The position numbers and the translations under genes are program-made. From positions 3,360 through 67,359 of the forward strand of contig JBGVKW010000059.1 of the NCBI GenBank assembly GCA_045123895.1: a stretch of 64,000 nt of DNA, written 5' to 3'. The stretch comes from Agathobacter sp. (lineage in GTDB: Bacteria > Bacillota > Clostridia > Lachnospirales > Lachnospiraceae). Shown in pieces: positions 1-8,384 of the stretch. The notes beneath the pieces were generated by a model. That model was not told the DNA's origin. It saw only the letters and a program-made list of their open reading frames with translations, and did no database searches. Numbering within the stretch: the first letter of the stretch is position 1; each line of letters starts with the position of its first letter.

Positions 1-269
1 CTTTCCACATGTAATATGTATTTAAGAAAGAGCGTTCTCAATTCTTCATCAAAGTAATAAAAGGCGGTTATTTCTTCAAAGGTGACACCATGTAGGTAAT
101 TCCCTGATGGCTTATGCTTAAATAAATCTTTATATCCACCAATTAATGAAAAATAGCTTAGTTTTTGTAATGTTATTCTGGCAAATTCAGGATCAGAAAT
201 AACAAGCTGTTTTTCTTTTTCCAGTTTTTTAATTTGCTCATCATATGTGAGAAATGTTTTGTTAGCCAT
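1..269 (-). CDS. Abi_2 (AbiD/AbiF) family abortive-infection protein, N-terminal part (runs off the window start)
   Basis: Not in ORF track. Manual translation MANKTFLTYDEQIKKLEKEKQLVISDPEFARITLQKLSYFSLIGGYKDLFK...GVTFEEITAFYYFDEELRTLFLKYILHVE matches the Abi_2 N-terminus (F.TY.EQI..L, SY..L.GY, TFE.I...Y.FD.ELR); AGGAGG RBS at 278-283. Confidence 0.8.
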   Translation of the reverse strand, partial: MANKTFLTYDEQIKKLEKEKQLVISDPEFARITLQKLSYFSLIGGYKDLFKHKPSGNYLHGVTFEEITAFYYFDEELRTLFLKYILHVE

Positions 270-297
270 CTCTGAATCCTCCTTTGTTTTGTGGCAT

Positions 298-368
298 AAA
301 AAAAGTGGAGCCCACGCATGGAACTCCACCGGCTGCGGGCATCGCAAGTTTCCGCAGCGCAACCACTA
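298..368 (-). ncRNA. Candidate small structured RNA / attenuator leader upstream of the AbiF-family gene
   Basis: Two hairpins (GCTGCGG/CCGCAGC 332-358; GTGGAG/CTCCAC 305-329) followed on the minus strand by U7 (298-304), downstream of a consensus promoter. Confidence 0.6.
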
Positions 369-373
369 AAGAT

Positions 374-402
374 AATGTACCATTGAAAACAAAAACTGTC
401 AA
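374..402 (-). promoter_or_regulatory. SigA promoter for the leader RNA/abiF
   Basis: Minus strand TTGACA (402-397), 17 bp, TACATT (379-374) with extended TG. Confidence 0.75.
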
Positions 403-447
403 ATGGATTTTTAGTGGTGGTAGTAGTTTATGCGTCACAAATTAATA

Positions 448-2820
448 TTATTCTAATTGTTTTAAAACCGATTGTTTCACCCCAAGAAACTTATCTCTGT
501 ACTCAATCGCCTTTTCCGGCTTCTTCCATCGTGCATACAGATTATTCAGATACCGATAGGTAGTCTTCATATAGTCATTATCCGTACCCACAGCATTACA
601 AATAATACTTTCTGCCACAAGCTAGTTAATCTCAGCCGATTCCGGCGTTCCTTCCATCATATCAATGATGCCTTTGCTCAGCTTGCAGATACCATAGTCA
701 AGAGAGGTATCTGACAGATGCTCCAGCACTAATGATTCATACTGTTCCAATACAATCTTGGCATTGTCCACATCCTTTGCCAGCAATAGTATATTGATAA
801 GGTTCATCATCTGCTGCAGGGAATCATGGGATTCGGTTAGTCCCAAGTGTGCATATTCCATACGGATATCAAAGGCTGTACGGAGTGCATTGGCTGCCTC
901 ATTTCCACGCTTCATCAGCAGATAAGTGTGGGAAAGGTTGTTGTACAGATTGGATAGCAGGTTTGCAGTTCGTATATCTGCATCGTTAGTATGAAGCTTT
1001 TCCATGATGTTGATTGCCTTTTCACGCTTCTTAACTGCATTTCCGTAATCTTTTTTCAACAGAAAACACTCCGCCTTATAATCCAGTAGCAAAGCCCTGT
1101 CACATGGAGAATCCAGTTTATATTCTTCCATAAGGTAGCTGATTCTATCAGTTAGTTTCGGCAGGTAATCCGATACAAGGTATTTGTCCAGATATGGGAA
1201 CATATCCTGTAAAAACAGTAAGAAATATGCACCATCATCTACTATAATGCGCTCTGATACACTGATAAGGGAAGCAATGATATTTTCTGGCCTGCGAAGT
1301 TCCAAGCCATGTGCCAGGCAGATAAGGTGGAGGCTATTAAGCAGAGTCCGGCAGGCAGTCACGGTTGGTATGGTTTCAATGGAAATTACTTCCTGTAATA
1401 GTGGATGCAGGCTGATTTTCTTGTTATCTGTATCTTCGTTAATAAATCCGTACTTGATAAGGTGGTTTACATCCAAAAGGTTATCAAGCTTCATCCAGTT
1501 CTTGAAGCTATTCTTTAATATGCCGGCAACCGGTAGCAGAGACAGATTGCGAAGAATGTCCAATTGCTGATTGGACAATTTACCAAGTTGTAGGAGCTTT
1601 CGTAAATGCTCTATCATCAGTCCGTCGGTAAAATCATCATCTTTATACAGTTCCACATCTTCCCCGGAGGCGATATTCAGTCCACAGGTTCTCAGTTCAG
1701 CAAGCAGTTCTTCCGGCTCCATACCGCTGGCTGTCAGGGATAATGAAGACAGGCATACAGTAAGGGTGTGACAGCCTACCGTCTGGATAATGTCCTTTAC
1801 TACATCTTCAGAACCCTTTGCAGAAGGGCAATGCTTATAAAACAGTTCTACAAGCTCTGTATCTGCGTCCATTTCAGAAACTTTTACCGTCTCAAACTGA
1901 GAGATATTGCACCGGCTGGTGACCAGTATCTTACAATTCAATTTTATAAATTCCTTAAAGAAAGCATCCTCTTTTGGCAGGACATTGAAGTTGTCAATGA
2001 TAATGAGACTGTCAGAGTGGAGCTTTTTAAATAGTTTCATGTGCCTGTCAAGGAGCATATCTTCGCTCATGTCCGCGGTATCATCGCTAAATTCCATCTG
2101 AGCAACACATTTCTTTAAATTACCATCGTAAAATAAGTGAATGATATTGGTATATTTCTTTTCATTCTTTTTGGCATAGGTCTTTGCCAGTTCACTTTTA
2201 CCCATACCGGCAGTGCCGGTGATAAATACAAGATTGTTTTCTTGCAAAGCTTTGCTAATGGCCTTTAATTCCTCTTTTCTTCCGAGAAAATAGCGGTTTA
2301 CAGAAGGAAGCTTGTTACTCAGTAGAATATCCGATAAATTGGGAGATAACAGGGTGTGTCTGCTGTCATGGTCATTTAATATGGCGTAACGGACAAGAGC
2401 GGTAATAAACTCTGCATCATCGGTTATCTGGGCAAATTCATCTGCCTTTTTTGTACCAATTACATCCACACTGTCAATAATCAATTCTAAAAGCAGTTTC
2501 CTTGTGGCTGGCACATTGATAAGGTTTGGAATTACATCATCCTGAATATTATCCTGAATGCCGGCAAATCCACAATTGTCATAAAAGCACAATATTTCCT
2601 TGGGTATCGGGCGTTCTCCGGTACACCATCTGCTGTAGGTAACATTTTTCTCAAAACCCTCTTTTTCAAATAAATCCATGTTGCACAGGCAGTCGTAGAA
2701 GATGTCTTCAATCATCTGGTACTGTGCATAAGTTTTCTTTTTATTTTCCAATAACACTCCGATTACGTTGGAGAAGGTAATGCGGTTTTGCAATTCATCA
2801 CTTCCTAACTTTTTCGTCAA
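448..2820 (-). pseudogene. HTH-like N-terminus + NB-ARC/STAND P-loop NTPase + TPR repeats, interrupted by an in-frame TAG at 622-624
   Basis: Walker A GTAGMGKS, Walker B LIIIDNF, HPLLQE winged-helix motif, TPR-like C-terminus. The frame continues after the TAG for 57 codons (LVAESII...YRYLNNLYARWKKPEKAIEYRDK...LE, stop 448-450). True start may be slightly downstream of 2820. Confidence 0.75.
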
Positions 2821-2929
2821 CTTCCGGTCAGCTTTCCGTCAATGATAATCCAAGACGAAATTTCGTATCATTAACCCATGAAAACGTAGCCACCAGAAGC
2901 CATGAGAGAAATGGCTTGGCTACAAGAAG

Positions 2930-2958
2930 ATTATAACACAAAAAAGAACAAATGTTCT
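2930..2958 (-). promoter_or_regulatory. Extended -10 promoter of the STAND gene overlapped by a Firmicutes LexA (SOS) box
   Basis: Minus strand TGtTATAAT at 2938-2930; GAAC-AAAT-GTTC at 2946-2957 over the -35 position. Confidence 0.55.
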
Positions 2959-3382
2959 ACTAAATCTTTTTGTATTTTGAACCTTGATAAACAATCCAGA
3001 AACGGATTCATGAGCTGTATCTTATGCCAACAGACCTTGCGAGGAAAACTGGAAAGTCAGGAGGAGCGAGGGAAGACACTTCTTTATTCACATAAAGAAG
3101 CCTCCGGCGGATGGCAGAAACGCATAAGGAAATTACCGTGTTACACACGGTGTGCGTTTCGCCACAAGAATGCCGAGGCATTCTTGAATAAAGGATGGGA
3201 AAGGAACTCGAGCAGGAGTAGCCCGCAGGCAAATTGCTAAAGGTCAGCTGTAACGCTGACGGCATAGGATACGAATGGAAGCCAAAAGAACTTTATCTTA
3301 TCAGCAATTCGTGTATTATCACAGCATTTATGCAGAAAGAAGGTGATAAGTCAGATTATTAGGAAAGAGGGGGTGTTAGCTT

Positions 3383-3526
3383 ATGACGAAGGAGTTGGAG
3401 TTGAGTAAGAAGCTTGCGGTGTTGGGATGGATTTTTCGCAAGGGACTGATTACGGAAGATGAGTACAACAGAACAAGAATTCATATTATGGGCGAATATG
3501 ATGTTATCAGTTTTATGACTGCATAA
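3383..3526 (+). CDS. Small SHOCT-like protein (47 aa) preceding the recombinase
   Basis: MTKELELSKKLAVLGWIFRKGLITEDEYNRTRIHIMGEYDVISFMTA; GLITEDEY motif; GAGGGGGTG RBS; below ORF-track cutoff. Confidence 0.65.
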   Translation: MTKELELSKKLAVLGWIFRKGLITEDEYNRTRIHIMGEYDVISFMTA

Positions 3527-3635
3527 TCCGCACATTCGTTAACATTTTCATTATGATTTATAGTGTAGGCAGTAGCAGATATTTTGTTGCTGCCTACTTA
3601 ACGTATACAGACAGATTTTTGAAAGGAGTTTTTGC

Positions 3636-5327
3636 ATGGAAGAAAGACAAGTAGAAGTAATTAAGAAAGTTGAAGGCCCTGTTATCAGGGATCGAAGACT
3701 GGTGTGGAAGCCACTTACCATCACAAGAAAACGAGTGGCGGCATATGTACGTGTCAGTACAAATGAAGAGGAGCAGTTGCAGAGTTTTAAGTCTCAGAAG
3801 GAGTATTATCAGGACAAAATTTCTGCAAATAAGGAGTGGGCGCTTGTAGGCATTTATGCGGACGAGGGTATTACGGGAACAAAGACCACCAAGAGAGACG
3901 AGTTTTTGCGCATGATTGATGACTGTATGAACGGTCTGGTGGATATTGTTATTACCAAGTCGGTATCCAGATTTTCGAGAAATCTGGTGGATGTGCTTTC
4001 TTATACAAGAATGCTGAAGGCAAAGGGGGTGACTGTCATATTTGAGAAAGAAAATATTGACACTTCCACCATGGAGAGTGAAATGCAGTTATCACTCCTA
4101 TCCGCACTGGCGCAGAATGAGGTGGAATCTCTGTCACAGAATGTTTCCCTGGGAGTTCAGATGAAGATGTCCAGAGGGGAGCTGATGGGGTTCAATGGTT
4201 GTCTTGGCTATGATTATCACCCGGAAGATAAAAGCATTACCATCAATGAAAAATAGGCTGAGACAGTCCGTATGATTTTTGATTTGTATGTGCAGGGATA
4301 TGGTGCTTATACGATTGCGAAGGAGCTTACGAGATTGGGAAAAGTGAATAAGAAGGGCGAGGTTAAGTGGACGGATAGCGGTATCCGGGGCATTCTAAAG
4401 AATGAGAAGTATAAGGGCGACCTGCTTATGGGTAAGACTTATACCGTTGATCCGATTTCCAAGAGGCGGCTTGATAATCGCGGGGAATCCAATAAATATT
4501 ATACAAGGAACCATCATGAGCCCATTATTTCGGAGGAAATATGGAACAAGGCACAGGAGATTCGTGAGAGCAGATATCGTGCCAATGAGAATGTGTCCGA
4601 TGGAGCAAGAACAAAGTTCGCAAGGAAGTACGCATTCAGCAGTATGTGTCAGTGTGGTTTCTGTGGAACGAATCTTACAAGGCGTTCCCATCATCAGGAT
4701 ACACAGCATAAAAAGCCTGTATGGAAATGCAGGACAGCAGCCAATAAAGGAATTGAAAACTGTCCGCACAGCAAGGCAATTGATAAGGTTATCATAGAAA
4801 ATGCATTTCTGGAGATGTTTCGGCTACTGACTGAGAATTTCGATGATGTGCTGGAATCGGTGATTTCCTCATTGGAAGCTGCTATTTCAAAGGATGATAG
4901 CACTGAGAAACTAAAGCGGGTGGAGAAGGAAATTTCGACTCTTGAAAAAAAGAGAAAGAAATTGACCGACATGTATCTGGATGATAAAATTTCTAAAGAG
5001 GCTTATGAGGAAAAATACAGTGAATTGAATCACAAACTGGACAAGTGTGAGGAAGAGAAGCTGTTGTTTTCCGAGAATGCTCTGTTCCAGAAGAATATTG
5101 CAAGCCGTATGAAAACCATTAGAGCAAAGCTTAAGAATGCCGATGTGACGGATGAATTTGACAGACTGGTATTTGAAAGCATTGTGGAGAAGGTGATTGT
5201 CGGAGAGATTGCAGAGGATGGCAGTACTGACCCATACAAGCTTACCTTTGTATTAAAGGGTATGGATGATTGTAGTGTGCCGGATGCAAGGGACAGGTAC
5301 AAAAATCTTCATAAGCAGGCAGTATAA
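3636..5327 (+). pseudogene. Large serine recombinase (resolvase + recombinase + Zn ribbon), split by an in-frame TAG at 4254-4256
   Basis: Catalytic AYVRVST, TKSVSRFSRN, CGFCG and WKC Zn ribbon, coiled coil. ORFs 3636-4256 and 4272-5327 are in frame and join as INEK*AETVRMIFDLY (family consensus ..E.EA..VR.IF..Y). Confidence 0.9.
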
Positions 5328-5436
5328 AACAACAAGGAGGAGCTTAAAATGAGCGATAATCACGACTTGTTGAATGATAATGATATGTGTTCTTTTTCAG
5401 GACACGAGGCAGAGGATATGTGTTTCAACTGTGGTG

Positions 5437-5484
5437 ACCACGCATGTGGAGACGGTTTGTTTATTGTCAAAAGAAAAACAATAA
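5437..5484 (+). pseudogene. rlmD: Displaced 3' tail of rlmD/rumA (23S rRNA m5U methyltransferase), marking the att junction
   Basis: Translates TTHVETVCLLSKEKQ*, the conserved RlmD/TrmA C-terminal motif (FP.T.HVE.V.LL), with no upstream gene body. Confidence 0.75.
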
Positions 5485-5509
5485 TCTTTAGAAAGAGAGG
5501 AATAAGACC

Positions 5510-5857
5510 GTGCTATTTATTTGTTATCCCAAATGTTCAACCTGCCAGAAAGCAAAAAAGTGGCTTGAGGCAAACAATATTGAATACAATGAACGTCATA
5601 TTGTTGAGGACAATCCAACCTATGACGAGTTAAAGGAATGGTACGCTAAAAGTGGCCTTCCAATTAAAAAGTTTTTTAATACCAGTGGACTTCTTTACAA
5701 AGAAATGAAACTTAAGGACAAGCTTCCTAGTATGAGCGAAGAAGAACAGTTAAAATTGCTTGCTTCTAATGGGATGTTGGTAAAGCGTCCGGTGATTGTA
5801 AATGGTGATACTGTGCTTGTGGGATTCAGGGAAGCTGAATGGAAAGAGAAAATCTAA
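5510..5857 (+). CDS. ArsC/Spx family (arsenate-reductase-like, YffB/YusI type) protein
   Basis: CSTC redox motif, FFNTSG, LVKRP; GTG start with AGAGG RBS. Confidence 0.9.
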   Translation: MLFICYPKCSTCQKAKKWLEANNIEYNERHIVEDNPTYDELKEWYAKSGLPIKKFFNTSGLLYKEMKLKDKLPSMSEEEQLKLLASNGMLVKRPVIVNGDTVLVGFREAEWKEKI

Positions 5858-5865
5858 CCAATAAC

Positions 5866-7742
5866 GATAGTGTCAAATGACCTATGAAAAACTGAGTTGA
5901 AGAAAAAAGGCTCAGATGAACCTTGAACACTGTAGATATTTTAGGTTGTGGCAGTTTTCCGCCACCCTTGACAGCACGAAAAAGAACTGCTGTAGGTTAA
6001 TCACCGACGGCGAAGAACTCAAGAACAGTTAGATTTCCTCCGTCGTTTACAGCAGTGTAGCAGTTCTTTTTCGTGCCATCAAGGGCAAGCCACTTTGCGG
6101 TGGCTGGTTTACTTACCTCTGGCTTGGAATCTAAGAACAGTTAGCGGCTTCGCCGTGTTGCATGTTCAGGATTGTTTGTTGACCAAGAAAGATGAGGAGT
6201 TGCCATTTCCCGGGCATGTTGTCAGCACCATGAAGTATTTCGATATCGTTAAGGACTTTGTATCCAGCGTGCTTGTGAGGGCGCAGGAAGTTGTAATAAG
6301 CAACCCATAGAGCAAGGTCATAGTTGGCTCCATCGACATTGTCGAAACCATTGGTCTGGCGGTAGGATAGCTTATAGGTTCTATTTAGTCGTTCTATCAT
6401 CTGCTTGAAGGGGCGGTATTCTTTGGATACTTCATCATTATTGGTGAGTCCAATTACCTGAGTGATATTGAACTTAAAATCGTCTCCGTATTCTCTTAAG
6501 AATTGTTGGGCTGCCAAGATATAGGCACTGTAACCATCTGCTATAAAGCGGAAGTTTTCGGGAAGCTTCTTTAAGTGTCTGAAAGCCATACGCATGGCAA
6601 GAATGCAGGCGCCGACATCTCGTTCCTGTGATACACGATAACCAACAATGGAGCGGTTTTTGGGATTCATAATGAACCAGATGAAAGCCTTTACACCACG
6701 GATTTTGATGTAGGTTTCATCAGCAGTAACGATATCTTTTACATCGTAGTCGTAATTATCGACGAAGGGTTTGATGCAGATAGCGGCTGTTTTGCAATAG
6801 TTGGCTACCTGTTGGTGAGAGATATCGATGTTGTATAGCTCTTTGAGAGCATGCTTGGTCTGGCGAAGTGACATTCGAAGGTTTATATGCATGGTCAAGC
6901 ATAAGCCCATGACATTAGAATCAAACTTGGAAAACTTGAGCGATGATGCATTTTTAGGCAGCGAGTTAAGATCCATCTTGAAGAAATCCAAGGTGAATTC
7001 GCGGTAGATGTAATGAAGTTTGTACTTGTTCTTGCCATAGTCTTCCTTAAGGTCCTTTTTATCGACTTTACGGAGGTTCTTGATATAGTAAGGGCATTTA
7101 AGGTTCACACATTTATGAACAATAAAGTGCTTGCGATTTTTCTTAGGAACGAGGGTATTCATGCAGTGAGGACAGCGTAGCTTAAGCGACGAGTGGCGGT
7201 TCTCTTCCGGAGAGAACTTTGTATCACATACCTTACACATAAGTTGACCTTTGGAACCGTTGTTCTTGTAAAGATAGATACTAGGGGCATTGCAACGAGG
7301 ACATTTACAGTCTTCGTCGATGTCACATTCAGATCTACGACGGATGGGTTTGATAGGCTTGTAGTCATCCTTGTAACGCCACTTAAGGTAAGCCATGAAA
7401 TCCCGATAGTCCCAAGGCTCAACATTCAGGATAAGAGGAATTTCATCAATCTTAAATTTTTGGTACTTAGGAGAGTTGGAGTCATCATGAGTCCACTGCT
7501 TGAGAGGAATATATCTGCAGATAAAGTTAAGAAGCCAGCAAATTTGTTTCTGCTGGTATTGAATAAATTGAAGTAAATAAAGTATAATGTCCATGAGCGT
7601 TGGCTCCTTTCGAGGTAATGGTTTGTGGTGAACTCATTATACATCAAAAAGGGAGGTCAATGCTCTTTTTATTTGCAAACCTCCAAAAATCAAGGTTTTA
7701 AAAGAATTTTTTAAAAAAAAATGGGTAGTTTTTGACACTACC
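5866..7742 (-). mobile_element. Insertion sequence, IS6-like DDE family, 1877 bp
   Basis: TIRs GATAGTGTCAAA (5866-5877) and TTTGACACTACC (7731-7742), 11/12 match; perfect 8-bp target duplication CCAATAAC at 5858-5865 and 7743-7750. Confidence 0.9.
6131..7594 (-). CDS. DDE transposase (IS6/IS240-like catalytic domain) with N-terminal Zn-ribbon extension
   Basis: DETYIKI, ADGYSAY, MIERLNRTYK DDE motifs; CPRC, CKVC, CPHC Zn motifs; AAGGAG RBS. Confidence 0.9.
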   Translation of the reverse strand: MDIILYLLQFIQYQQKQICWLLNFICRYIPLKQWTHDDSNSPKYQKFKIDEIPLILNVEPWDYRDFMAYLKWRYKDDYKPIKPIRRRSECDIDEDCKCPRCNAPSIYLYKNNGSKGQLMCKVCDTKFSPEENRHSSLKLRCPHCMNTLVPKKNRKHFIVHKCVNLKCPYYIKNLRKVDKKDLKEDYGKNKYKLHYIYREFTLDFFKMDLNSLPKNASSLKFSKFDSNVMGLCLTMHINLRMSLRQTKHALKELYNIDISHQQVANYCKTAAICIKPFVDNYDYDVKDIVTADETYIKIRGVKAFIWFIMNPKNRSIVGYRVSQERDVGACILAMRMAFRHLKKLPENFRFIADGYSAYILAAQQFLREYGDDFKFNITQVIGLTNNDEVSKEYRPFKQMIERLNRTYKLSYRQTNGFDNVDGANYDLALWVAYYNFLRPHKHAGYKVLNDIEILHGADNMPGKWQLLIFLGQQTILNMQHGEAANCS

Positions 7743-7766
7743 CCAATAACAAAGGAGTAAAGAAGA

Positions 7767-8384
7767 ATGATGAATTCGGTTTTATTTATTCTGCTGGGGT
7801 ATTTATCTGGTAGTGTCTTATATGCAAAGATATTTGGTATGTTATTTAAAAAGAAGGATATTGTGAAAGAAAGCCGTGACGGGAATCCTGGGACTGCAAA
7901 TGCTTTTATGGAGGGAGGAGTTTTGTGCGGAATCTGTACCCTTATATGTGATTTGCTGAAAGGAATGCTTCCGGTTTATTTATATATGCAATCTTTGGAT
8001 ATACAAAAATCGCAAGGGATTATGATTTCCCTGGTATTGGCTGCGCCGGTATTAGGTCATGTTTTTTCAATTTTTAATAACTGGAAAGGTGGGAAGGGGA
8101 TAGCAACAACTTTTGGTTGTCTGCTAGGGTTATTCCCAGATTTGAGTGCAGCGTTGATTCTGGCATTTTTCTTTATCTTTTTCTCTTTGGTGATTCGGGT
8201 GACGCCTCATTATGACAGGACAATTTGGACGTATATAGCATCGGTGGTGGCAATGATATTATTAAAAATTAATCTTTGGATTTCTATTGGATTTACTGCA
8301 ATCACGGGAATTGTTTGTGTTCGTATGTATAACAGTAGTGAAGAAAGGGAAAAATGTAGGGTTAGAATGATATGGAAACGTTAA
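7767..8384 (+). CDS. plsY: Glycerol-3-phosphate acyltransferase PlsY family
   Basis: GYLSGS, GNPGTANA, DLLKG, GHVFS, KGGKGIATTFG. Confidence 0.85.
   Translation: MMNSVLFILLGYLSGSVLYAKIFGMLFKKKDIVKESRDGNPGTANAFMEGGVLCGICTLICDLLKGMLPVYLYMQSLDIQKSQGIMISLVLAAPVLGHVFSIFNNWKGGKGIATTFGCLLGLFPDLSAALILAFFFIFFSLVIRVTPHYDRTIWTYIASVVAMILLKINLWISIGFTAITGIVCVRMYNSSEEREKCRVRMIWKR

Larger units (their letters stand above)
1..5440. mobile_element. Right end of an integrative element (IME/ICE-like) with a large serine recombinase, integrated in the 3' end of rlmD; left end lies outside the window
   Basis: SHOCT-like ORF plus serine recombinase at the end, immediately followed by a displaced RlmD C-terminal peptide (5437-5484); defence-type cargo; visibly more GC-rich than the downstream chromosome. 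Confidence 0.8.

Noticed and set aside
472-2101. Plus-strand ORFs 472-714, 1184-1570, 1571-1771, 1768-2034, 1907-2101
   Set aside because: Antisense shadows of the STAND gene with no RBS or family motifs. The same applies to the many short overlapping ORFs across the window.
2902-3265. ORFs 2902-3240 (+) and 3008-3265 (-)
   Set aside because: No recognisable domain, atypical composition, and they overlap promoter and hairpin elements.
622-4256. Amber recoding (TAG read as an amino acid) to explain the two in-frame TAGs
   Set aside because: Many intact genes in the window end in TAG (e.g. 10059, 46011, 47924, 62247), and no suppressor tRNA or pyrrolysine genes are visible; nonsense mutation or read error is simpler.
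5349-5633. 94-aa ORF after the recombinase as a real chromosomal gene
   Set aside because: It crosses the att junction and overlaps arsC; only its start is element-derived, so the present C-terminus is probably accidental.
7732-7765. IS-created hybrid promoter for plsY
   Set aside because: TTGACA is present in the TIR but there is no acceptable -10 at 16-18 bp spacing.
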